Shown piece by piece: positions 9,568 through 17,899 of a stretch of 64,000 bases of DNA. The stretch is from Candidatus Nezhaarchaeales archaeon (lineage in GTDB: Archaea > Thermoproteota > Methanomethylicia > Nezhaarchaeales > WYZ-LMO8). The notes beneath the pieces are model-generated. The model was given only the letters and a program-made list of their open reading frames with translations, searched no databases and was not told the DNA's origin. The stretch is taken from positions 1-64,000 of the forward strand of contig JAWAKK010000001.1 of the NCBI GenBank assembly GCA_038887515.1, in the 5' to 3' direction. The stretch's first letter is position 1. Each line of letters starts with the position of its first letter. The position numbers and the translations under genes are program-made.

Positions 9568-10638
9568 CTAGTCGGTTCCTAAGATTTTAGGTATGTTCTC
9601 CCCGTAGGGCGACCTTATGATTCCCTTCTCGGTTATTATTGCAGTTATAAGGTCTGGAGGGGTTACGTCAAACGCTGGGTTTAAAACCTTAACGTCTATC
9701 GTAATCGGTTTCCCATTCACTTCTAAGATCTCTTTTGGATCTCTATGCTCTATGATTATATCTTCAACCCTAGACTTCAAGTCGAAAGTCGAAGAAGGTG
9801 CTGCTACATAAAAAGGCACCGAGTACTTATTGGCTACTATCGCTATAGTTAGAGTCCCTATCTTATTTATTACATGCCCGTCTTTCAGCACTCTATCGGC
9901 TCCGACTATGACTTTGTTTATCATGCCTTGGCTCATGACGTAACCAACCATGTTATCGGTTATCAATGTTACGTCGATGCCGTCGCACTTAAGTTCATAG
10001 ACCGTTAGCTTTGCCCCTTGAAGTCTCGGTCTAGTCTCCGTCGCTATTACCCTAACCTTCTTGCCTTGAGCTACGGCGCTCCTAATGACTCCTAGAGCAG
10101 TACCATAACCGACTGTGGCCAAAGCCCCCGCAATCTACCAGCTGAGCCTTTAGCTCAGCTGTTTGCAGTGGGTTAATAATACGTCGCCATCTTCTACGAG
10201 CTCCGCACCAATATCACCGATCCTTTTATTGACTTGAAAGTCCTCTTCAGCCATCTTGAGTGCCTCTCTTAAAGCAAGTTTCTTAGCTTCCTCGATGTCC
10301 TTGGCTTTCTCTACCACTCCTATCATTCGTTCAATAGCCCAAAATAGGTTTCTAGCGGTAGGCCTAGCCCTAGAAAGGGTCTCTGCTGCAACTCTTAGAT
10401 CACTTAAAAGCCCTTCTAAACTTTCTGCGCTAGAGTGCATAGCTGCCAGCGCAATCCCCATAGCGGCGGCAACGCCTATTGCTGGTGCCCCCCTAACGGT
10501 CATGTCCTTTATCGCTCTAACAATCTCTTCGATGTTCCTACACTCTACGTATCTCTTTTCCCATGGTAAAGCGTTTTGATCTAAAAGCCTAACAACACCG
10601 TCGCGCCACTCAACACTTCTAGCTTCAAAGAAGGTCAC
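9568..10638 (-). CDS. mtnA: Methylthioribose-1-phosphate isomerase (eIF2B-alpha-like), two exons: join(10638..10163, 10132..9568), about 346 aa
   Basis: [28 protein letters not shown]+[21 protein letters not shown] and NPAFDVTP motifs. The halves are in frame, separated by a 30-nt insert containing TAA. GTG start inferred from an upstream GGGTGG. Confidence 0.9.
10133..10162 (-). other. BHB-type mRNA intron (30 nt) in mtnA
   Basis: Sense strand CTGC-AA|A-CAGCTGAGC-TAAAG-GCTCAGCTG-GTAG-AT|T-GCG: helix CTGC/GTAG with one G-U pair and a 9-bp intron stem. Excision gives TGC AAT GCG (C-N-A). Confidence 0.88.
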
Positions 10639-10739
10639 GAGGAACCACCCGATCAACTGTTAAGCATAACAATTTTAAAAGTCAATCCGTCTCTAGCCCT
10701 CAAGATTTTTAAAGCCCTATCAACCAGACAACAATAAAG

Positions 10740-10857
10740 GCGGGGGTGCCCGAGTCAGGACAAAGGGGCGGGACTTAAGATCTCCGCTGTTTGAGGCCGG
10801 AAGTGGTAAGAAATCCCGTGGCGTAGGCCTTCGTGGGTTCAAATCCCACCCCCCGCA
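10740..10857 (+). tRNA. tRNA-Leu(TAA) with a 33-nt canonical 37/38 intron (10780..10812)
   Basis: GCGGGGG acceptor stem, long variable arm, GGTTCAAATCC. BHB: CGGGA-CTTA-AG|A...TAAG-AA|A-TCCCG. Confidence 0.93.
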
Positions 10858-11219
10858 CTATTTGCTAGTAAAACTTACATGGACTTTCACTTTTGCTCTT
10901 CATTAATTATATAAGTCGGTCGTAGATGTAAGGAAAATCATAATTGTACTTACATGTAACCTTCATATTGTAAGATATTTCGAAGAATTGCTGTAATAAT
11001 TTTCTTTTCCTTGAAGCGTTTTCCTTCAATTCGCACATAACTTTGCTGTCTTCTCTCCTTTTGTGTTTCGTTTAACTTTCCTTTAGATTCCATGATGCTT
11101 GCGCGTTACGCCCGATTAAATGAAGTTAAAAGATACATGGTGTTCTGCGCTTCTCCACAAAGTTTTCTTTTAAAGGTTTCCTCTTTATTATATTCCAATA
11201 TTTGTTGGCGTGGTTGAAA

Positions 11220-11900
11220 ATGTCTCTTCCAAAAACCATAATCTTCTCGACAGTTACTATCGATGGAAGGCTTGCCAGCAAGACCAGGTTTAGTCAGTTA
11301 AGTTGCCCTCACGACCTGAAGAGGCTCCACGAGCTTAGGGCGCAGTGTGATGCAGTAATGGTAGGAGCTAACACGGTAATCATAGACGATCCATCTCTCC
11401 GCTTGAAGTATGTTAATGGCAGAAACCCTGATAGGATAGTTGTTGACGGCATGCTTCGAACTCCGATAAACGCTAGAGTGTATACCCTAAAGGCTGCTAA
11501 AACTTTGGTATTAACGACTAAGATGGCACCGTTAGATAAAGTTGAGATGCTTAGAGAGATGGGGGTTGAGGTTTTGTATCTAGCTAACGAACCCCCGATA
11601 GACATGAAGAAGGCCATGGAGACTCTAAGCTCTCTCGGCTATAGGAAGATAATGGTTGAGGGGGGAGGAGAACTTATATGGCACCTCTTCAAGGATCGCG
11701 TCGTCAACGAGCTTAGAATAACGATAGCCCCCTACATCTTCGGCGGCAGAGAATCAGTAAGTCTCGTTATGGGCGAAGGCTTCTCTACAACATCTGAGTC
11801 ACCAATCTTCATTTTGAGGACGATTGAACGCTGTCAATGCGGTAACGAGGTACACTTAATATATGATGTTGAGTATGGGGGAAGCAACTATGATAATTAA
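11220..11900 (+). CDS. RibD C-terminal-like pyrimidine reductase (2,5-diamino-6-ribosylamino-pyrimidinone 5'-phosphate reductase)
   Basis: TIDGRLA, DAVMVGANTVIIDDPSL and MVEGGGEL motifs. Confidence 0.88.
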   Translation: MSLPKTIIFSTVTIDGRLASKTRFSQLSCPHDLKRLHELRAQCDAVMVGANTVIIDDPSLRLKYVNGRNPDRIVVDGMLRTPINARVYTLKAAKTLVLTTKMAPLDKVEMLREMGVEVLYLANEPPIDMKKAMETLSSLGYRKIMVEGGGELIWHLFKDRVVNELRITIAPYIFGGRESVSLVMGEGFSTTSESPIFILRTIERCQCGNEVHLIYDVEYGGSNYDN

Positions 11901-13020
11901 CGTAGGTCTCGCCCTTCTAGGTAAAGATCTTGAACTTCGGAAGAGAGTTAGCATAGAGTTCGAGGATGGCATTATAAAGTCAATAGTTGATGGCTTTAGA
12001 AGCAGAGGCCTGACCTTTAGGAACGGGATAGCTATTCCAGCATTAGTAAATGCACACATCCATGTACTAGATTACGCTTTTCAAGAAATAGGCTTAAATT
12101 TGAAGCTCTCAGAGCTAGTAAGCGAACCTCACGGCCTCAAGCATAGACTCATAGCAAAATTAACCCCCGAAACAGTATCCTATGTTGCCTTCAAGCTCTT
12201 CAATAAGCTTGCTAAGCAGGGGGTCTACACAACTATAGTCTTTTGTGAAAGGTTTGACATCATTGATTGTTTAAGGCGTGCCTCTCGACGGGCAAATCTA
12301 AATGCAGTCATCTTAACGAGACCTAAAAGAATAGACTCGACGTTGCAGGTTGATGAAGCGCTAGAAGGGACTGATGGCCTAGGTCTTGATTCTCCTCTAA
12401 GATACGATGTTAAGGAACTCATGAATATGAAACTCAAGTGCGCTGATAGGAAGCTTTTCAAGGCGGTTCACGTATCAGAAACCTCAGAGACCCACGAAAG
12501 AGGGGATTTCAAGTTAGCACTTGACTTCTTCGATCCAGATATGATAGTGCACGGCGTCTACCTAGAGGAGGACGAGGTACGAACGTTATCGTCAAGGGGC
12601 ACGAGTTTAGCCTTATGCCCAAGATCCAATATGTGGTTTTCCTCAGGTCTTCCACCCTTAAGCTACCTCTTAAAAAATAATGTTAACACACTCCTTGGAA
12701 CGGATAACGCTGGTTGGATAAACCCAGACGTTTGGAGGGAGTTAGAGACACTTTTCAACATTTCAAGACTTCAAGGCCTATACTTAGATCCAAGAGAATT
12801 GCTAAAAATTGCTACCGTAAACATAAGCAAGGTGAGGAACCTTAGGGTTCCAAGCAACGTGTTGGAGGAAGGATCTCCGGCAAACTTCATAGTATTAAGT
12901 GGCGAAGAGCTAGGTCTAGGTCTCTCAAGAAATATGTATGCATCAATAGTTAAGAGAGGTTGCGCACAAGCAGTAGTATTTAGATCCTTCAAGCATACCC
13001 CTAACAAGTGTAGACCTTAA
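11890..13020 (+). CDS. Metal-dependent amidohydrolase (deaminase-like)
   Basis: PALVNAHIH, HVSE, HGV, CPRSN and LGTDN metal-binding motifs. Confidence 0.85.
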   Translation: MIINVGLALLGKDLELRKRVSIEFEDGIIKSIVDGFRSRGLTFRNGIAIPALVNAHIHVLDYAFQEIGLNLKLSELVSEPHGLKHRLIAKLTPETVSYVAFKLFNKLAKQGVYTTIVFCERFDIIDCLRRASRRANLNAVILTRPKRIDSTLQVDEALEGTDGLGLDSPLRYDVKELMNMKLKCADRKLFKAVHVSETSETHERGDFKLALDFFDPDMIVHGVYLEEDEVRTLSSRGTSLALCPRSNMWFSSGLPPLSYLLKNNVNTLLGTDNAGWINPDVWRELETLFNISRLQGLYLDPRELLKIATVNISKVRNLRVPSNVLEEGSPANFIVLSGEELGLGLSRNMYASIVKRGCAQAVVFRSFKHTPNKCRP

Positions 13021-14146
13021 TTATTTCGTAAGTAGTGCTTCGCTGTGCGGGTATTCTCCCAATCTCTTTAATTAGTTTCACAATTTCTAGGATGTCCATG
13101 CTTGTACCATAAGGTGAACCGGCCTCCCTCGATATGTTTTCTTCCATCAATGTCCCACCAACATCATTAGCTCCCGCCTGTAACATCATCTGAGCCATCT
13201 TGGGGCCCAGCTTGACCCATGAGACTTGAATGTTACGAATATACCCTAAGAAGAAGAGCCTTGAAACGGCGTGGACCTTCAAGTCTTCTAGCCACGTCGT
13301 TCCCGGCCTGCTTACTCCTTCCCTATAGAGTCTAGTCTTGTAGTGGACAAACGGTAGTAGAACGAACTCTGTGAAACCCCCAGTTTCCTTCTGTATCTCT
13401 CTAATTACTTTCATGTGCTTTACCCTATGCTCGTTGTTATCAATGTGTCCGTACATCATCGTAGCCGTTGTAGGTATGCCAAGCTTATGAGCCTCCTTTA
13501 TTATCTCGATCCACTGGTTGGTTAAGATTTTTCGTGGCGCAATAACCTTCCTAACATCATCATCAAGTATCTCAGCAGCTGTTCCGGGCATGCTGTCAAG
13601 CCCCGCTTCACGAAGCATCTTTAAAGCATCTCTATAAGATACTCCAAGCCTTGAGGCTATGTGATGAACTTCTTGGGGGGAGAAGGCATGTATATGTATT
13701 GGAACCTTTTCCTTTATGCCCTTCAAGATATCAAAGTAATAATTTACAGGAATTCTAGGGTTTATTGCTCCTTGTATGCAGACTTCAGTAGCCCCTTTCT
13801 TCCAAGCTTCGTAGGCTCTACTTACTACTTCGTCTACGCTAAGCAAGTATCCATCGGGAGCCCCTAAGGGTCTTGAATATGCACAGAATGGACAAAGCAT
13901 CACGCATTCATTCGCGAAGTTAATGTTCCTGTTCACGACGAAGGTTACGAGGTCTCCTACGTAAGCCTTTCTAACATAATCTGCAGCGAGAGCTAGTACA
14001 AGCGCTTCCTCGTAGCTTGAATTTAATAACCTTAAGGCCTCGCTTTCGTCTATAGCTTTCTCGGATAGGGCCTTCTCGATTATGCTTGAAAACTCTGGAT
14101 CGAGACTCTTTAAAGCGCCTTCCAGTATTCTTAGGCTAATACGCAT
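13001..14146 (-). CDS. cofH: FO synthase subunit 2, radical SAM
   Basis: NRNINFANECVMLCPFCAY, SMPGTAAEIL, NIQVSWVKLG and GANDVGGTLMEENIS motifs. Confidence 0.92.
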   Translation of the reverse strand: MRISLRILEGALKSLDPEFSSIIEKALSEKAIDESEALRLLNSSYEEALVLALAADYVRKAYVGDLVTFVVNRNINFANECVMLCPFCAYSRPLGAPDGYLLSVDEVVSRAYEAWKKGATEVCIQGAINPRIPVNYYFDILKGIKEKVPIHIHAFSPQEVHHIASRLGVSYRDALKMLREAGLDSMPGTAAEILDDDVRKVIAPRKILTNQWIEIIKEAHKLGIPTTATMMYGHIDNNEHRVKHMKVIREIQKETGGFTEFVLLPFVHYKTRLYREGVSRPGTTWLEDLKVHAVSRLFFLGYIRNIQVSWVKLGPKMAQMMLQAGANDVGGTLMEENISREAGSPYGTSMDILEIVKLIKEIGRIPAQRSTTYEIIKVYTC

Positions 14147-15308
14147 CTTCCCCCTTCTTTACTAGTCCCATTTCATCTACTAAACTCTCAATCCTTTCCT
14201 TCAAAGTGATCGGCATCCACCCTTTAGCAATGAAGGCTGGGTATATGGGCAATCTTTCTCTAAGCTCGAAACCTAACTTCCTAGTTACATCTTCCACATC
14301 GCTAATCTTGGGCCAAGGGTATGCCATGTTTACGAAATCCGGGGTTAAAGGTGATATACCTCCCCAATCGTTTATCCCTGCTAATAAGTATGTTGAGTAT
14401 GCCTTTGGATTTAAGTTTGGAGGAGCTTGTACTGCAACATCTACTTTAAAAATAAGCCTGGCAATAGCTATAGTCTTCAAAATATCCAAGAGGCTAGGAG
14501 GATTATAACTCTCCATGGGTGTCCCGGGCTCTGGCATGAAGTTTTGAATTATAACTTCTTGTATATGACCGTACCTCTCGTGTTCCCTCTTTATAGCTAT
14601 GAGGGAGTCTATTCGTTCTTCCCAAGTCTCACCAATACCTACGAGTATGCCAGTGGTGAACGGTATTCTTAATTCGCCAGCTTCTCTTATAACCTTCAGC
14701 CTAACTTTTGGGTCTTTTGACGGCGACTTTTCGTGAGGCATACCCTTACTCATGAGCCTCTCGCTTAACGATTCTAGCATTAACCCCATGCTAGCATTGA
14801 ATGGTCTAAGCTCAGCCATTTCAGCTTTTGAAAGAACACCTATATTGGTATGGGGCATTACCTTCTCGGTCTCCATTAAGACTCTCTCTTCGAAGTCCCT
14901 AACGTATTCTACGGTCGAACTGTAACCCATAGACTTAAGGGCCCTTCTAGCTTCTTCGTAGACTTCTTCTGGCTTCTCGCCCGTACTCACGAGAACCTCT
15001 TTGACCTTAAGTCTCTCGCCTTCCTTGACTATGCTCATAGCCTCTTTTATATCCATGTATGGTTTACGTACTTGTACTCTAAAACCGCAATAAGCACATT
15101 GGTTCCTACACATCCTCGTCAATGGCACGAAGACTTTTCTCGAATAAGTCGTTAACCTTCCAAAGTATCTGAGTCGGACTATTAAGGCCGTAGCTAGGAG
15201 CATTGGAAGCTTATTAGCGTCCATATTGGCCAAGAGCAGGGCTTCTTCACGCGTTAAGTCTCTATCGTCTTCAATAAACCTACATAGTACCTCGACTTCT
15301 TCCTCCAT
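14136..15308 (-). CDS. cofG: FO synthase subunit 1, radical SAM
   Basis: TYSRKVFVPLTRMCRNQCAYCGF, FTTGILVGIGE, QAPPNL and DWGGISPLTPD motifs. Confidence 0.93.
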   Translation of the reverse strand: MEEEVEVLCRFIEDDRDLTREEALLLANMDANKLPMLLATALIVRLRYFGRLTTYSRKVFVPLTRMCRNQCAYCGFRVQVRKPYMDIKEAMSIVKEGERLKVKEVLVSTGEKPEEVYEEARRALKSMGYSSTVEYVRDFEERVLMETEKVMPHTNIGVLSKAEMAELRPFNASMGLMLESLSERLMSKGMPHEKSPSKDPKVRLKVIREAGELRIPFTTGILVGIGETWEERIDSLIAIKREHERYGHIQEVIIQNFMPEPGTPMESYNPPSLLDILKTIAIARLIFKVDVAVQAPPNLNPKAYSTYLLAGINDWGGISPLTPDFVNMAYPWPKISDVEDVTRKLGFELRERLPIYPAFIAKGWMPITLKERIESLVDEMGLVKKGEDAY

Positions 15309-15355
15309 AAATGATTCCCTGTTTTTGCCTTCGCCCTGCTTGGTTGAGGTGTTTT

Positions 15356-16129
15356 CTAAGTGGCAACTTTTAGACCTTCTAAAAATGATTTAACGTTTTT
15401 TCCTAAAACCAATTGATTGTATCCTCCTTCTAAAACTGCAAACATCGCTCCTTTACAGTTACTCAGGGAAAACTTCCTTAAGATCTTGCCTATCTCGTAG
15501 TAGTCTTCTGTCTTCAAAGTCTTTCCCCAATCTTCTTCATGTCTATCAAATCCAGCGGAGACAGCTAGCAAATCATATTCCCCCTGTCTTTCAAGGAAGG
15601 ATTTGAGCTCAACTATCTGCTTTGTCCTGGGCACGCATGGCAAGTAAAAGTACTCGACGTTTAAGCTTCGGGAGAATATGTCTGCAGTACCATCACCGAA
15701 GTGGAGATCGAAATCTATTATTAAGACTTTATTCACGCTCTTCGTTTCAAACATCTTCGCAACAGCTATGGCGATATTGTTGAAGTAGCAGAAGCCCCAA
15801 GCATAATCCCTACTGGCATGATGTCCAGGAGGTCTAATTAGTGCAAATGCAGGTTCACCGCTTAACGCGATTTGAGCTGCCTTTATAGCGCCTCCAGCGG
15901 CTAAGAGTGCAATTGGATAAACATGTTCAAGCCTCTTTACTTTCTCTAAATAACTTGAAGAGTGAACTAGCAAGACATCGCTTTCAGAGGCAGGCGAGCA
16001 CCCGATAAACTCAAAGCGATCTTTAACTTCCTTTACAATACTCTCAATTCTACCTGGTGCGGCTGCAGGATCATCGCTATAAACCTTACAAAACCTTTCA
16101 TCGAAGATTATTTTAACCATTATTTTCAA
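15356..16129 (-). CDS. Zn-dependent histone-deacetylase-family protein
   Basis: RPPGHHA, GFCYFNN, DFDLHFGDGT, SAGFD and LEGGY motifs. Confidence 0.92.
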   Translation of the reverse strand: MKIMVKIIFDERFCKVYSDDPAAAPGRIESIVKEVKDRFEFIGCSPASESDVLLVHSSSYLEKVKRLEHVYPIALLAAGGAIKAAQIALSGEPAFALIRPPGHHASRDYAWGFCYFNNIAIAVAKMFETKSVNKVLIIDFDLHFGDGTADIFSRSLNVEYFYLPCVPRTKQIVELKSFLERQGEYDLLAVSAGFDRHEEDWGKTLKTEDYYEIGKILRKFSLSNCKGAMFAVLEGGYNQLVLGKNVKSFLEGLKVAT

Positions 16130-16194
16130 CCTAAAAAAAGTTACAACAAAAACGTATTTACAAGTTACCCCTAGCAGGGCCCATTAACTTTTAT

Positions 16195-16269
16195 TGGTGC
16201 CCCGGGTGGGACTCGAACCCACGACAATCCGGTCTTCAGCCGGACGCTCTCCCTCTGAGCTACCGGGGC
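16195..16269 (-). tRNA. tRNA-Phe(GAA); CCA encoded
   Basis: GCCCCGG...TCCGG CT GAA GA CCGGA...GGTTCGAGTCC...CCGGGGC ACCA. Confidence 0.95.
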
Positions 16270-16285
16270 AGCCCATGGAACTTAA

Positions 16286-16359
16286 TGGGCCCGGTGGGAT
16301 TTGAACCCACGACCACTCGGTTATGAGCCGAGCGCTCTGCCGGGCTGAGCTACGGGCCC
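16286..16359 (-). tRNA. tRNA with CAT anticodon, probably Ile2 (agmatidine type)
   Basis: CTCGG CT CAT AA CCGAG anticodon arm. The GGGCCCG acceptor stem resembles archaeal tRNA-Ile more than tRNA-Met. Lies in tandem upstream of tRNA-Phe. Confidence 0.85.
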
Positions 16360-16704
16360 CAACACAACGAAAACGTACAAGAAAAGATTTAAGGTTTATC
16401 CCGAACGTCACTTATGACATGTTAGGATCCATACTGCCAAGTAATCCGATACTTTCATAATTACAATTGTTAACGCAGTAACCTAGAAATGCTTTATCAA
16501 ATCAAGCATATAACTATACGTCATAACGATCCGTTATTGACGTAGAAAAATACTCAACATCAGAAACCGTCTTCACTGCGTTCGCCAATCTAGTCCTCAT
16601 CATCCAATAAGTAGGCAGAGGAACCCCTTGTATTAATTTTAATGAGGTTCCGACGACAACACGCTTAAATAAAACTCCTATCTTAATAGGAAAGAACGCA
16701 AGAG

Positions 16705-16779
16705 GCCCCGGTGGTGTAGCCCGGTCTAGCATGTAGGCCTGTCGAGCCTGCGACCCGGGTTCAAATCCCGGCCGGGGCG
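16705..16779 (+). tRNA. tRNA-Asp(GTC)
   Basis: GCCCCGG...TAGGC CT GTC GA GCCTG...GGTTCAAATCC, discriminator G. Confidence 0.95.
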
Positions 16780-16834
16780 CTACTTATTTTATGCCTTGGT
16801 AACATTGATAGCCTAGGCTTAACAAATTTTTACT

Positions 16835-17338
16835 ATGTCTCAACTTAAAATAAGCGAAGAACTTTATCCTCGCCTAACAGTACTTATAACTACTTGCAGT
16901 AAGGATGGATCGCATAACGTTGCAACCTTCTCCTTTATTATGCCAGTATCTTTTGAACCCAAGTACTTAGCCTTCTCTATATCGCCTCGTAGACGGACGT
17001 TCGATAACATAAAAGATGTAGGAGAGTTTGTAGTCAACGTTCCGACGGAGGACATGTTACAAAAAGTCTGGCTGTGCGGATCGCGGTCTGGGCGGGATAT
17101 AAATAAGATTGATTTAGCTAAATTGCAGATTGTCGAGAGCAAGAAAGTTAAGCCCCCAAGAATAAAAGGATGTCCGGTACAATTGGAGTGTAAGGTAGAG
17201 TTCATGAAGGAGTTCGGAGATCATTACCTTGTAGTTGGAAAAGTTGTTGAAGAACACGTAGAGAAGAGGAACTTCAAACCGATCCTACATTACTCTGGAA
17301 GGACCTTCTTTAAAGTAGATGATACAATTACTGTCTAG
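16835..17338 (+). CDS. Flavin reductase-like (DIM6/NTAB, flavoredoxin) protein
   Basis: GEFVVNVP, CGSRSGRDINK, LECKV and GDHYLVVGKV motifs. Confidence 0.88.
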   Translation: MSQLKISEELYPRLTVLITTCSKDGSHNVATFSFIMPVSFEPKYLAFSISPRRRTFDNIKDVGEFVVNVPTEDMLQKVWLCGSRSGRDINKIDLAKLQIVESKKVKPPRIKGCPVQLECKVEFMKEFGDHYLVVGKVVEEHVEKRNFKPILHYSGRTFFKVDDTITV

Positions 17339-17698
17339 CCAACGTTAGAACCTCTCGATTAACCTCGTTAGACAGCGTAAATCCTTGCAGAAAGGATACT
17401 ATTGACTCTTAACTTACCAAGGGATCGCAGCAACGAATCGTTTGATTATGAGCTTACGGTAAGTTAGTTAAAGCTCTATTGTTTTCACACTTTAATGTTT
17501 TCACATACACTCTAGTCCCACAACATAAAGACGTAGTTGTAAACATTGCAACATGTCGAATACCGGTTGAACGAACATCGAATAATCAGGAACTCTTCTT
17601 ATTGCTAAAGATTACATGCTCAACTTTGATCTTTAGATATGCTATTTAACGCACGTCAAGAATAAACCTTTTAAAAGAGGAACGGAAAGCCTAAGCAA

Positions 17699-17772
17699 GG
17701 GCCCGTAGCTCAGCACGGTAGAGCGCCCGGCTCTTAACCGGGTGGTCGCGGGTTCAAATCCCGCCGGGCCCG
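17699..17772 (+). tRNA. tRNA-Lys(CTT)
   Basis: GGGCCCG...CCCGG CT CTT AA CCGGG...GGTTCAAATCC. Confidence 0.95.
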
Positions 17773-17899
17773 CTTCTTTGAAAATAGGCTTCTATAGTTC
17801 TTCAAGGTAATCTTTATTATCGCGCACTTCCTCTAATGAAGCGGTTGATTTGATACCTTTAAGTTGTTACGTTAAAGATTCAAGTCGAAGTGGAGAGAT

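Noticed and set aside
9568-10656. mtnA and rps5 as pseudogenes or naturally split genes
   Set aside because: Both halves of each gene are intact and in frame with no other decay, and the only lesion is a precise BHB-shaped insert.
16184-16732. ORFs 16184..16411 and 16514..16732
   Set aside because: They overlap tRNA-Phe, tRNA(CAT) and tRNA-Asp and have no protein motifs.
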